Source: a virus (Duplodnaviria > Caudoviricetes). Taken from it: DNA of 64,000 nucleotides. Under the pieces are notes generated by a model, which saw nothing but the letters and a program-made list of their open reading frames with translations, did no database searches and had not been told where the DNA came from. Location of the stretch: IMG/VR virus record IMGVR_UViG_3300028048_000091, positions 42,705 through 106,704 of that record; one strand, written 5' to 3'. Below are positions 28,734-37,498 of this stretch, piece after piece; within the stretch, counting starts at the first letter, position 1, and each line of letters starts with the position of its first letter. The position numbers and the translations under genes were made by a program.

Positions 28734-29268
28734 CTTGCCTAATTCCGTATTTATGAAAATATCTTAATGGCCTCCACTTGTGACCTTTTACGTAAAATCC
28801 CCATTTATGCCTTGGTCTTCCCTCAAACATCAATGTCCATGCGCCGCCTTTTGGTATACTTAGATAGTGTCTGTCTTCTGCCTTAGAAAACCAGATTGAC
28901 TTATTCATATGAAAGAAGTTATGCCATGAATTGAATATTCCTTCAACATAACATCTTTTTTCATTTGGTCTTACCCCATAAGAATTTTCTCCCCAATCTG
29001 GATTTTCATTCTCATTTTCTGGTTTAACGTTCCAATATCTACCCTTTAAGACAATACTTAATAAATCAGCACTATGGTCATGAAAGAACCTGTTATCATC
29101 TGATTTAATCCAATGATGTATTCTTATAGAATATCCAAAAAACAAAAATGTCCACCTTATCAAGTATGGATTATCCTCATAGCCTAACTTTTCAGCCCAT
29201 CGAATTTGAAATCTCTTGAATTTGGCGACATTACTACTACCGTACATATGCTTGCATTTTTTAGTCAA
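28717..29268 (-). CDS. Cupin-like phage protein (true start probably slightly downstream)
   Basis: IHHWIKSDDNRFFHDH...RH...AWTL...WGF. Confidence 0.6.
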   Translation of the reverse strand: MTKKCKHMYGSSNVAKFKRFQIRWAEKLGYEDNPYLIRWTFLFFGYSIRIHHWIKSDDNRFFHDHSADLLSIVLKGRYWNVKPENENENPDWGENSYGVRPNEKRCYVEGIFNSWHNFFHMNKSIWFSKAEDRHYLSIPKGGAWTLMFEGRPRHKWGFYVKGHKWRPLRYFHKYGIRQDEEYQ

Positions 29269-29465
29269 GAGGGAAGGAATCGAACCCCCACTACCTACCT
29301 CACATTCGGAACTACTTCAATAATACCTTGTCTAGAATATATTAATGTTTTGTTCTACCCTGAGAGTTCAGTGCTTTCACAGCCTCAATCATGTTTCATC
29401 GGAAATTAACCATCGTCATGGATTTCCAAATCGATTGCGTTCTACCACTTTGAACTATCCTCTCG
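29264..29465 (-). ncRNA. tRNA-like RNA with a greatly expanded anticodon/variable region
   Basis: Acceptor CGAGAGG/CCTCTTG, D arm GTTC-AAAGTGGTA-GAAC, T arm GGGGG-TTCGATT-CCTTC; promoter 10 nt upstream. Confidence 0.7.
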
Positions 29466-29475
29466 TTTTCGTTTG

Positions 29476-29530
29476 CAAATGTACTACAAATATTTTAAAT
29501 TACCAAATATTTTTAGTAAAAAATTGTTAA
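29476..29530 (-). promoter_or_regulatory. Bacteroidetes housekeeping promoter for the tRNA-like RNA
   Basis: TTTG-N20-TACATTTG. Confidence 0.8.
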
Positions 29531-29555
29531 TAATTCTTTTAAAACTTGTATTTAA

Positions 29556-29600
29556 CATTTTTTGCAAGAAGTCCCCTTCCTTCAGGTGGGGGTAGTTCAC
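29556..29600 (+). mobile_element. 45-bp single-hairpin mini IS200/IS605 element (left/right end hybrid)
   Basis: TTTAA|CATTTTTTGCAAGAAGTCCCCTTCCTTCAGGTGGGGG matches the left end of 14880-16254, followed by right-end TAGTTCAC. Confidence 0.8.
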
Positions 29601-29618
29601 GTGAAGCCTCACAGTATG

Positions 29619-30881
29619 TTAAAACTTACACAAAGTTGAACTTCGTGATTTATTAACTTCTTGCTTCACAGAGCCACTACTTTTTAGCGAATCATTTCTG
29701 ATTGGGTCATCCATAGTTGGGTTCTCCACAAGCTTAGATTCGGGTGAACTGCACCCTATTATTCTTAATCCCTCATCCAATATATTTAATGCTGCATTGT
29801 AGTCTCTACTAATTACTTCTCCGCAATGAGGGCATATCCATTCTCTGTCATTCAATGTCAATTCCTTATTGACATAACCGCAATTATGACACGTCTTTGA
29901 ACTTGGGTAAAATCTGTCAACAAATACTATCCTTCTGTTGCACCAAGAAGCCTTGTACTCAAGCATACGTCTGAACTCTCCAAAGTTCATTTCCAAAATG
30001 CTTTCTGCAAGGTTATGATTCTTAGACATACCTTTCACATTTAAGTCCTCCATACATATGACTTGGTTTTCGTCAATGAGTGAATTACTTACGCTGTGAA
30101 GATAGTATTCTTTTCTATCGTTTATTTTCTTATACACCTTAGCAAGTTTAATCCTTGCTTTATTTCTGTTATTACTTCCTTTCTGTTTTCTTGAAAGTTG
30201 CTTCTGAAGTTTCTTTATCTTCTTTGTTTCTGATTTTTTGAAATGAAGATTATCGAACACTTCTCCTTCAGATGTAATAACGAAATCCTTAACGCCAAGG
30301 TCTATTCCTACTACTGAATTTGTTTCTTTGACTTGATGCATCAAGTCTCCGTCAACAAGAATTGAAAGGTAATACTCTCCACAAGGCAAACGTTTTAATG
30401 TTACTTGTCTTATACAATTCTTATGTTTTTCAAGATACTCAGCATATTTCTTGTTACATCTGAACTTAACATTTCTTATATTAGCAAGAGAAATCTTGTA
30501 GTCTGTATAGACGTTACGCTTGGAGATTGCTCCAAGTTCAAATCTACAAGATTGTTTATTATCGTGCTTTGACTTAAACTTAGGAAATCCACTATGCTGT
30601 TCGAAGAAATTCTTATATGCTGTCAGCATATCTTTCACTGCTTGTTTCAAGACTTTAGTGTTTTGCTCTCTAAGCCATATGAAATTGTCGTCTTTCAGTA
30701 ATTCGTGATGAACAAACTGGCCTAACGTAGATAAGTTTTCAGTTATTCCATTATTCTTATATGATTCAATCTTTCTGTTAAGACATTGATTATACACAAC
30801 ACGATAGCAGCCAAGCAATTTATTGTACTGAGTTGCTTGTTCTTTGTTCGGATATAATCGTATCTTAACTGCTCTTAACAT
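29619..30881 (-). CDS. tnpB: RNA-guided endonuclease TnpB (IS607-associated type)
   Basis: GIDLG / MEDL / RDYNAA intact; zinc finger; 3' reRNA motif AAGCTTGTGGAG...GAAGCAAGAA. Confidence 0.95.
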   Translation of the reverse strand: MLRAVKIRLYPNKEQATQYNKLLGCYRVVYNQCLNRKIESYKNNGITENLSTLGQFVHHELLKDDNFIWLREQNTKVLKQAVKDMLTAYKNFFEQHSGFPKFKSKHDNKQSCRFELGAISKRNVYTDYKISLANIRNVKFRCNKKYAEYLEKHKNCIRQVTLKRLPCGEYYLSILVDGDLMHQVKETNSVVGIDLGVKDFVITSEGEVFDNLHFKKSETKKIKKLQKQLSRKQKGSNNRNKARIKLAKVYKKINDRKEYYLHSVSNSLIDENQVICMEDLNVKGMSKNHNLAESILEMNFGEFRRMLEYKASWCNRRIVFVDRFYPSSKTCHNCGYVNKELTLNDREWICPHCGEVISRDYNAALNILDEGLRIIGCSSPESKLVENPTMDDPIRNDSLKSSGSVKQEVNKSRSSTLCKF

Positions 30882-31318
30882 TACTTATTGTATATTATCT
30901 TCATTATTTTTCCGCTATTACAATTTTTTTGGCCAACGACTTTCCAATGGCAGAATTCTGGAGACGTATCATGGTAATATCCATCATTTTCATCAAAATA
31001 TTCCCAATATGTTCCTTGAACATCTGTTAAAGTTCTATATTTTTCGTTTTTAATACCTTCCAAAACTATGTCACCTTTCTGAACATTTTTCCAATCAATA
31101 GTGTCTGATACTATTTTTCTTCCATCATAGTAGCCGACTTCTACAATAATAGCTGAATCGCCACCTATTATCCTATTGATGTCAGACTCACGATAGCGTC
31201 TGTGACCGCCAGACGTTAAAATTGGTTTAAGTTTATTTTCCTTGTCCCAAATTCTTAATGTCTTAGGCGTAACATCAAGTATTTCTGCTGTCTTTGATAT
31301 GTTGTATAGTTTATCCAT
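30881..31318 (-). CDS. MerR-type HTH (IS607 TnpA N-terminus) fused to a non-resolvase domain
   Basis: TAEILDVTPKTLRIWD..GGHRRY present; YARVS serine recombinase motif absent. Confidence 0.75.
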   Translation of the reverse strand: MDKLYNISKTAEILDVTPKTLRIWDKENKLKPILTSGGHRRYRESDINRIIGGDSAIIVEVGYYDGRKIVSDTIDWKNVQKGDIVLEGIKNEKYRTLTDVQGTYWEYFDENDGYYHDTSPEFCHWKVVGQKNCNSGKIMKIIYNK

Positions 31319-31321
31319 TAA

Positions 31322-31483
31322 TTAAGTTAATACTTCTTTTATTGCATTCTCGCTTTTGTCAACCAACTCTTGAAATTCTTCAAGTGTGATTGTTTCATCA
31401 ACATCGAACATCAATGGAAATGTTTCACCATTATCAGTCTCGAATGTCTTGTTTTCAAAATCAATATTTACTACTTTCATCAT
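31322..31483 (-). CDS. Small acidic protein (53 aa) upstream of the HTH-tnpB pair
   Basis: MMKVVNIDFENKTFETDNGETFPL...; preceded by ATATTTATAT. Confidence 0.55.
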   Translation of the reverse strand: MMKVVNIDFENKTFETDNGETFPLMFDVDETITLEEFQELVDKSENAIKEVLT

Positions 31484-31615
31484 ATATAAATATCTATTAA
31501 TTTCAAAAAGTTATTATTTTTGTAATAAAATGTTAAAAAATGTTTAATTATTTATTTAACTGTTAAGTACACCACTAAAGTGGCGTGCTTCCTAATGCCT
31601 TTTCTTCTGCCTTAT

Positions 31616-31798
31616 TCATCTTTCATAGCTTGTTAGTAAATATACAACTTTATCAAACTCGTCAACACTCAATTTATTCAACTCTTTTAATATTGTAGCA
31701 TCAAATACGTTTTCTAATTTTATTCCTGCTACTAATTCAATAGCACAAATTACATCTTGCCTATTGAAACTTTTTCCAACAAATACAAACTTATCCAT
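31616..31798 (-). CDS. Hypothetical protein
   Basis: Packed ORF. Confidence 0.5.
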   Translation of the reverse strand: MDKFVFVGKSFNRQDVICAIELVAGIKLENVFDATILKELNKLSVDEFDKVVYLLTSYER

Positions 31799-32054
31799 CT
31801 TTCATAGCTTGTTTAATGTCATTAACAAATTCTTCAACACTTTCACCAACTCCTCTACATCGGTAATCTATATAGATGGGTAGTTTTTCGTTTAACCACT
31901 CATAAATTTCTTCCCTTGCAATATCCACAGCCCTTCTTGCTTGTTTTGGATGAATCCAGGGAAAATAAGCTTGCTTTCCGTTTGGGTAATAACCCTCAAA
32001 AATATTACTACAATCCCTTGTGTTGTCCTGTATATATTTCTCTGCCTTACTCAT
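31791..32054 (-). CDS. Phage protein, MSKAE family
   Basis: Start MSKAEKY. Confidence 0.6.
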   Translation of the reverse strand: MSKAEKYIQDNTRDCSNIFEGYYPNGKQAYFPWIHPKQARRAVDIAREEIYEWLNEKLPIYIDYRCRGVGESVEEFVNDIKQAMKDG

Positions 32055-32177
32055 AGTTCTATTTCTTATTCGTATTAAAACAACATTTATCACAAGGACA
32101 AGGGTATTTGGCTATACCTATTATGTAAGTCCGATAGTCAACACATTCGTATATATCTTTATATTCAATACACATCG

Positions 32178-32567
32178 TCAGTCCTCCATATTTGGTAATG
32201 AACAATCTAACCACCACTTAACATCTGTAATATTCCAACCACCTTTATCATAGGTTTTAGGAGTATAGTGTTCTACCTTTCCTGTTGATAGACTCTTTCC
32301 ATCCCATCCATTAGGATTAGGTCTGTGTGCAAACGCTACCTTACCATTGTTAATAATGGCTATCACTTCTCTGTCATACTCTGGCAGGTCATCCCCTTGT
32401 GCATCTTTCCAAGGTGTAGCACAATATACTGCCCTTTTGGTCTCTTGCCAGAAAAACCTTAGTTGAACCCAAAGATTATTGTATAGTTTCTTACCCTTCA
32501 TGCGGTCAAGAATCTCCATTATGGCATCGTCTCTTTTGTATAAAACTTCTTTTAGTGTCATAATCAT
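32178..32567 (-). CDS. Hypothetical protein
   Basis: WK...DLPEYDREVI module. Confidence 0.6.
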   Translation of the reverse strand: MIMTLKEVLYKRDDAIMEILDRMKGKKLYNNLWVQLRFFWQETKRAVYCATPWKDAQGDDLPEYDREVIAIINNGKVAFAHRPNPNGWDGKSLSTGKVEHYTPKTYDKGGWNITDVKWWLDCSLPNMED

Positions 32568-33199
32568 TCTCCTTTCTGTGCTTTAAAACGATTCAAGACC
32601 TCTTTACAGTAATCCTCATCATTAAGCACAAGCATTTCATTACTTGTTTGTCTACGGTATTCTGCCATAATTTTCCTAAGTACAGAAATATCTTCCCAAG
32701 TTAATTCAGAGTGCTGTGCTTTAAGCCCAAGTTCAAAGAAATGCTCACCAATTAATTTTATGTCTTTTACGCCACATTCTACTTTTCTGTAATTCTTATC
32801 CCAAAAATTATCTATTTCTTTCTCCAAGTCCACCTCTTTTACTTCAAGATTTTCTTTATACCGCATGTCTCTTGCAAGTTCAACACCCATTTCGCCACCA
32901 CTAATGACTGCTTGTTCAATTTCCTTTCTCCATAGTTTCTGTTGTTCTTTCGTAAGTTGATTGAATAACTCACTCTCTATGTTGAAAGAATACGTTTCTG
33001 CGTGTGCTTGAATACCTGCTTTAATAGAATCATATTGAACACACTGCTCATAAGGGTCTTTTACGTCAAGTGTACCGATAATGTCTTTTACATCATTGTA
33101 AGCCCATACTCGCTGATGCCCTATGTTATTTATTGGTGCATCAATTATTCGTTTATTTATCTCCGCTACTAAAGCGGATTTTGATATATACTGTTTCAT
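32564..33199 (-). CDS. Mosaic ALVAEI/KEVDLEKEI/LTWEDI protein
   Basis: Combines modules of 1957-2349 and 346-606. Confidence 0.7.
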   Translation of the reverse strand: MKQYISKSALVAEINKRIIDAPINNIGHQRVWAYNDVKDIIGTLDVKDPYEQCVQYDSIKAGIQAHAETYSFNIESELFNQLTKEQQKLWRKEIEQAVISGGEMGVELARDMRYKENLEVKEVDLEKEIDNFWDKNYRKVECGVKDIKLIGEHFFELGLKAQHSELTWEDISVLRKIMAEYRRQTSNEMLVLNDEDYCKEVLNRFKAQKGE

Positions 33200-33330
33200 A
33201 ACTTATAATGCTTTATAAAACCTTATTAACAATTTTACTATAACCTTATCTTCAAAATTTCCATCCACAAGTGTATCAGAAGGAAATGATTCTATCATCT
33301 TCTTTGTAATTTCTTTCCACTCCTTTCTTG

Positions 33331-33663
33331 TCATATTGTTCCTTTCTGCGCTTTAAGTTGTTCATCTTTTACTGTAAGCATTAAGTTGCGACAACCTTCT
33401 ATTTCATCGTGACTAAGATTAGTATTCATTGCAAGCCAATCGCAACATTCTGCTATAATTGTATGTATCATCGAATCCACCTCTTTCACTTTAAGGGTGT
33501 TAAGGAAAGAAAGGATTTTTCCACAAGTTGCAATATGTTCAGACCATGCAATATAACTTTCTTGGTCATTATTTTCTTGTGATTGTTGACATTTGAATTT
33601 TCCATTTGATATTAACTTTTCTATCTCCGCCACTACAGCGGATTTGTCTATGTAGTGTGTCAT
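33331..33663 (-). CDS. Phage protein, ALVAEI family
   Basis: YIDKSAVVAEI...KVKEVD. Confidence 0.7.
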   Translation of the reverse strand: MTHYIDKSAVVAEIEKLISNGKFKCQQSQENNDQESYIAWSEHIATCGKILSFLNTLKVKEVDSMIHTIIAECCDWLAMNTNLSHDEIEGCRNLMLTVKDEQLKAQKGTI

Positions 33664-33666
33664 AAC

Positions 33667-33996
33667 TTATTCCCCTTCCATATATTTTCTAAATTCGTCA
33701 ATCATTTTGTCTGAACAAGTAGGAATATACTCACCTTTTTTTTCTATATTATAGAGATACTTGTCTTTGTTTTCTTCTAACCACTTTATTGCTTTTCGGG
33801 TTGCCTCATTGTAACCTTCATCCAAGTATTCTCCAATAGAGTCAATGATAACTTCCTTGACGGCTTCTATCTTATAATTAGGCTTACTCATTTTGTTGTT
33901 AGTAAAGTAACACAAGCATGTGCAATAGTCACTTTCAAGTCTGTCGTAGTCCTTAACCTTAAAGATTATTTCTTTGATTTTTTCTATTATTCTCAT
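33667..33996 (-). CDS. Hypothetical protein
   Basis: Packed ORF. Confidence 0.6.
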   Translation of the reverse strand: MRIIEKIKEIIFKVKDYDRLESDYCTCLCYFTNNKMSKPNYKIEAVKEVIIDSIGEYLDEGYNEATRKAIKWLEENKDKYLYNIEKKGEYIPTCSDKMIDEFRKYMEGE

Positions 33997-34232
33997 TTTA
34001 TATAATTTTTAAAGTCCATCACAAACTTTGTAGTATCAGCACAATCTTCGCTTGGGTATTTGAGATAGTTATCTCTTATCCACTTACAAGCCTTCTCAAT
34101 AAAGGCATCAGTGCGGGTGTACTCAACAGACTTTAAATAACTAACAGGCTTTTCTAATATAAAAGCACGTCCTTCTTCTGTTATCACATCGCAAGCAATA
34201 TAAATCTTTTCTGGTGCTTCGTTTGCTTTCAT
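33993..34232 (-). CDS. Phage protein (APEKIY...VEYTRTDAFIEKAC)
   Basis: Intact paralog of pseudogene 3762-3940. Confidence 0.65.
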   Translation of the reverse strand: MKANEAPEKIYIACDVITEEGRAFILEKPVSYLKSVEYTRTDAFIEKACKWIRDNYLKYPSEDCADTTKFVMDFKNYIK

Positions 34233-34633
34233 AATTCAATTTCTTTTGATATGCCACAAAGTCTTAATGCATGTTGGAGTTCGTGAACGTATTGGATTTT
34301 TGATATTTCTACAAAACGAACTTTAATACTGCCACATGCCCCAACATTTATTAACCACCCACTATTAGGAATATAAGTGCATTGAACTACTGGCTCATTA
34401 CAGCAGAATGTCTTCCTTCCAGACGGTTCAGTACAAAACCATTTAATTCCATTCTTTTCAAGAATCTCTTGAGTGAGAGGTATAGGCTTAACCAACTCAA
34501 TGTTTGAATGTTCGTTATGAGTGGTTTCTATAATCCCATCACAAGTAATAGAGGTTACTTGAACATAGATGTTACCATCAAGCACCCAATCCCCAATCAT
34601 AAGGTCATTGCAACTTAATTCTTTTGCTTTCAT
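34229..34633 (-). CDS. YopX-like phage protein
   Basis: LMIGDWV, PIPLT.EILEKNG and YVHELQHALRL motifs. Confidence 0.6.
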   Translation of the reverse strand: MKAKELSCNDLMIGDWVLDGNIYVQVTSITCDGIIETTHNEHSNIELVKPIPLTQEILEKNGIKWFCTEPSGRKTFCCNEPVVQCTYIPNSGWLINVGACGSIKVRFVEISKIQYVHELQHALRLCGISKEIEL

Positions 34634-34921
34634 AAGTTTATAAGAATTAGTTTTTCTTCTGGAATTAATGCGCATATTTCCTCAAAAGTAGGAGGTTCTT
34701 TTTCTCCATAAAGTTCTTTTCTTAATTCCTCACAAAAAGCAAACTCATGCGTAAATACTGGTCTGCCAAGAGTTTTTTTCGATAGCTTCGTGAAACACAT
34801 CAAACGGCATACAAAGTCTATCCTGCTCCATTTGAAATTCTGCAATCTGACGATATGTCATATTTTCATAGCACTTGTTTTCGGCAAATGCTATTGCCTG
34901 TTCTTTCGTTAGCTGTTTCAT
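34630..34921 (-). pseudogene. Gene frameshifted at an A7 run
   Basis: MKQLTKEQA...LCMPFDVFHEAIEK joins TLGRPVFTHEF only if the run at 34773-34779 has 6 A. Confidence 0.7.
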
Positions 34922-35205
34922 AACTCTTCCTCCCTAAGTTTATTTAAGTCTTGATATAGAGAATATAAAACTTCTTGATGTGGCAAACTGTTAATAGTTC
35001 CCTTCAATCTTTCCATCTGCTCATCACTCGGCTTCCACCTGTTATGTAAATGTTCATCAACATACTCAGCGTAGTTTTTAGCAACACCATGTATTGCCCT
35101 GCTACCATGAGAAACATTACCACTTGTAAGTCTGTTACTTCTTTCCATAATGTCTTCAAACCATGCCTTGCATAGCTCCAAGACTTCTCTGTCTGTGCTA
35201 TCCAT
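34918..35205 (-). CDS. Hypothetical protein with WKPSDEQM module
   Basis: Module shared with 35209-36237. Confidence 0.6.
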   Translation of the reverse strand: MDSTDREVLELCKAWFEDIMERSNRLTSGNVSHGSRAIHGVAKNYAEYVDEHLHNRWKPSDEQMERLKGTINSLPHQEVLYSLYQDLNKLREEEL

Positions 35206-35208
35206 AAC

Positions 35209-36237
35209 TTATAAATCTATTATTTGGTCAAGTAATCCACTTATTTCTTCTTTATGCTTGTTATAAGGTACATTATTCAAAACCCATCGTAATGCGATTA
35301 TCTGCTCAACACTCGGCTTCCAAGTATACCTGCCTTTGAGAGATTTGAGCCAATCAATAGTAGAATCCACTAAACCTTCATTTCCGTTAAGACTTGTATT
35401 TCTAATAAGAGCACAAGCAGATTTTAGTTTTGTTTCATCCTCTTCACTCCACTCTTGCTTTGTTTTTTCCCTTAATTCTAATCTACCAATATTCCATTCA
35501 TATCCGGCATCTTCCATTCTTTTGAAGAAGTATCTACGCTGTTCCTTAGTTGCAAGCAAATAACCTGTTGGATTAAGTCCACCGGACTCATACCAAAACT
35601 CATGCCAACCCCCATTGTATTTCTCCATTGAACAATAAACAAACATGCAGCCATATTGAGTCTTCGGGTCATAGCTATTACTTTTGAATATAACGAACCT
35701 GTTGCCATCAGTAAGTACATCACCCGGTTTTGCATCCTTGATAGTCCATAAAGACAGATATTCTTCAGTAGCAGAAGCAATATTATTACCACTTTTACCA
35801 TTAAGACATTCAAGTTCATAGTCACCCGCAAGGTCAATAGACTTTACAATGTAGTAAAGGCCATCATAAAGTGAATGTTTTACAATGTCACCAACACTGA
35901 ATTTACATTTACTTTGTCTTTTACCTTCTTCATATCCTCTCTGATAAGCAGCATCTATCTCTTTTCTAAAAGCATCTACATTGTCTGCAAACTCTCTTTC
36001 TTCCTTATCGAGAACGTCAATAGATTTCTGTTTTTCAAGCCAATCAGCCCATTCTGTTAAATTATTATCTTTAAGGTGGTCTATAATAGCACCTCTTATC
36101 ATATCATCATAATCCTCACGCAATACCGGAAAGATGGTTTCACACACAGTCCAATCTGCCGGTGCTGCAACACCATCACCGTTATTAATTTTATGGGCAA
36201 TTTCTAATGCCTCCTTATATGCTTTTTCGTAATCCAT
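35209..36237 (-). CDS. Mosaic phage protein
   Basis: WTIKDAKPGDVL and WSEEDE; paralog of 4160-5368. Confidence 0.8.
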   Translation of the reverse strand: MDYEKAYKEALEIAHKINNGDGVAAPADWTVCETIFPVLREDYDDMIRGAIIDHLKDNNLTEWADWLEKQKSIDVLDKEEREFADNVDAFRKEIDAAYQRGYEEGKRQSKCKFSVGDIVKHSLYDGLYYIVKSIDLAGDYELECLNGKSGNNIASATEEYLSLWTIKDAKPGDVLTDGNRFVIFKSNSYDPKTQYGCMFVYCSMEKYNGGWHEFWYESGGLNPTGYLLATKEQRRYFFKRMEDAGYEWNIGRLELREKTKQEWSEEDETKLKSACALIRNTSLNGNEGLVDSTIDWLKSLKGRYTWKPSVEQIIALRWVLNNVPYNKHKEEISGLLDQIIDL

Positions 36238-36262
36238 AATATTTTTATTAATTTTTTATGCT

Positions 36263-37042
36263 TTATAGTTGACTCGTCTCGGATGCAATGCGCTTGTTGG
36301 CAATATCAACATATTCCTGCGATATTTCGAAGCCAATGTACTTACGATTTAGTTGTAATGCCGCAATAGCCGTTGTGCCAGAACCCATAAAACAATCGAG
36401 CACGATGTCACCCTCATTGCTCCAAGACCTTATGTGGTCAATAGCAAGTTGCTCAGGAAATATGGCAGGGTGTTTAAACGCTATTTTGTTAGACGCACAG
36501 TTACTTCCTACAGGATAATACCAAATATTGCCTCTTGCCGTAAATTCGTTTTTTGGAACATACATTTCGTAATGTGCTTGTCCATTTCTGTTTGACTTAC
36601 ATGTCCTTGGTTGCATATTCTTGACTTTTACGTCACGTATCGGGTTAAATGTTTTGCATTTGCCTTTGCTAAATACAAACATATATTCAAAATGCTGTCT
36701 ATATCTCATGGATGTTTTGTTCCATGTTGGTATTTCTTTGTGGTATATCATTGTGTCATGTAGATTAAAACCGCACTCCATAAAGTATAATGCCTGACGG
36801 AAAGACGTTCCAGTCTCAGAGCCTTTGATTGTTGCGTCACCGACTACCCATACAACCACGCCACCTTGCTTTGTTACTCGGTATAGTTCTTTGACTACGT
36901 TCTCAAAGTCAAAAGAATAGCCATTGTATTTACGCAGATTGTCATAAGGTGGTGACGTGCATACCATGTCTATGGTATTGTCGCCCAACATCTTCATTCC
37001 TTCTACATTGTCTTGACAATAAATTTTGTTTAACTCTAACAT
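36263..37042 (-). CDS. N4-cytosine/N6-adenine DNA methyltransferase (beta class)
   Basis: TSPPY, HPAIFP and DCFMGSGTT motifs. Confidence 0.92.
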   Translation of the reverse strand: MLELNKIYCQDNVEGMKMLGDNTIDMVCTSPPYDNLRKYNGYSFDFENVVKELYRVTKQGGVVVWVVGDATIKGSETGTSFRQALYFMECGFNLHDTMIYHKEIPTWNKTSMRYRQHFEYMFVFSKGKCKTFNPIRDVKVKNMQPRTCKSNRNGQAHYEMYVPKNEFTARGNIWYYPVGSNCASNKIAFKHPAIFPEQLAIDHIRSWSNEGDIVLDCFMGSGTTAIAALQLNRKYIGFEISQEYVDIANKRIASETSQL

Positions 37043-37068
37043 TTGGACATTATTTGATGATAAACAGT

Positions 37069-37497
37069 TTATTTCAAATTTATTATGAATACTTCTTTAT
37101 CCTCAGGCGCCCCCCATTCCGGATTACCTTTACCAACCTTAATTGAAACTATTTCCTTTAACATACGTCTTGAAGTATCTCCTTTCTTGGGATAGCCTAA
37201 TGTAAATTCAACATGTGTATATCCACGTGTACCATAATTTTCAATTAATAAATGATGCAACGTTACATATGGATGGTCCTTATTAAATTCAATTGTCTTA
37301 ATAAGCACACCTCTCTCATTAGGATTAGTGGTACTATCTCCCCAATAACCATCAATACCAAGGGGACAATCATACAGAATACGATTACACCAATACGGAG
37401 TAAGTTCCCTGTACTCTTCGGTCTTGATACCACTCTCAATCATTCTGTACCACTTTTCCTTTAACGGTAATACTAATACCTTGCGATATTCTTCCAT
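37069..37497 (-). CDS. ASCH/PUA-like domain protein
   Basis: LPLKEKWYRMIESGIKTEEYRE...FTLGY...PEWGA. Confidence 0.7.
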   Translation of the reverse strand: MEEYRKVLVLPLKEKWYRMIESGIKTEEYRELTPYWCNRILYDCPLGIDGYWGDSTTNPNERGVLIKTIEFNKDHPYVTLHHLLIENYGTRGYTHVEFTLGYPKKGDTSRRMLKEIVSIKVGKGNPEWGAPEDKEVFIINLK

Positions 37498-37498
37498 A

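Noticed and set aside
29264-29465. tmRNA or ordinary tRNA-Pro
   Set aside because: Has a D stem, lacks tmRNA termini and Ala identity, and the D-to-T distance is far too long for a normal tRNA
14885-30881. Nuclease-dead TnpB (TldR)
   Set aside because: All three RuvC acidic residues are present in both TnpBs
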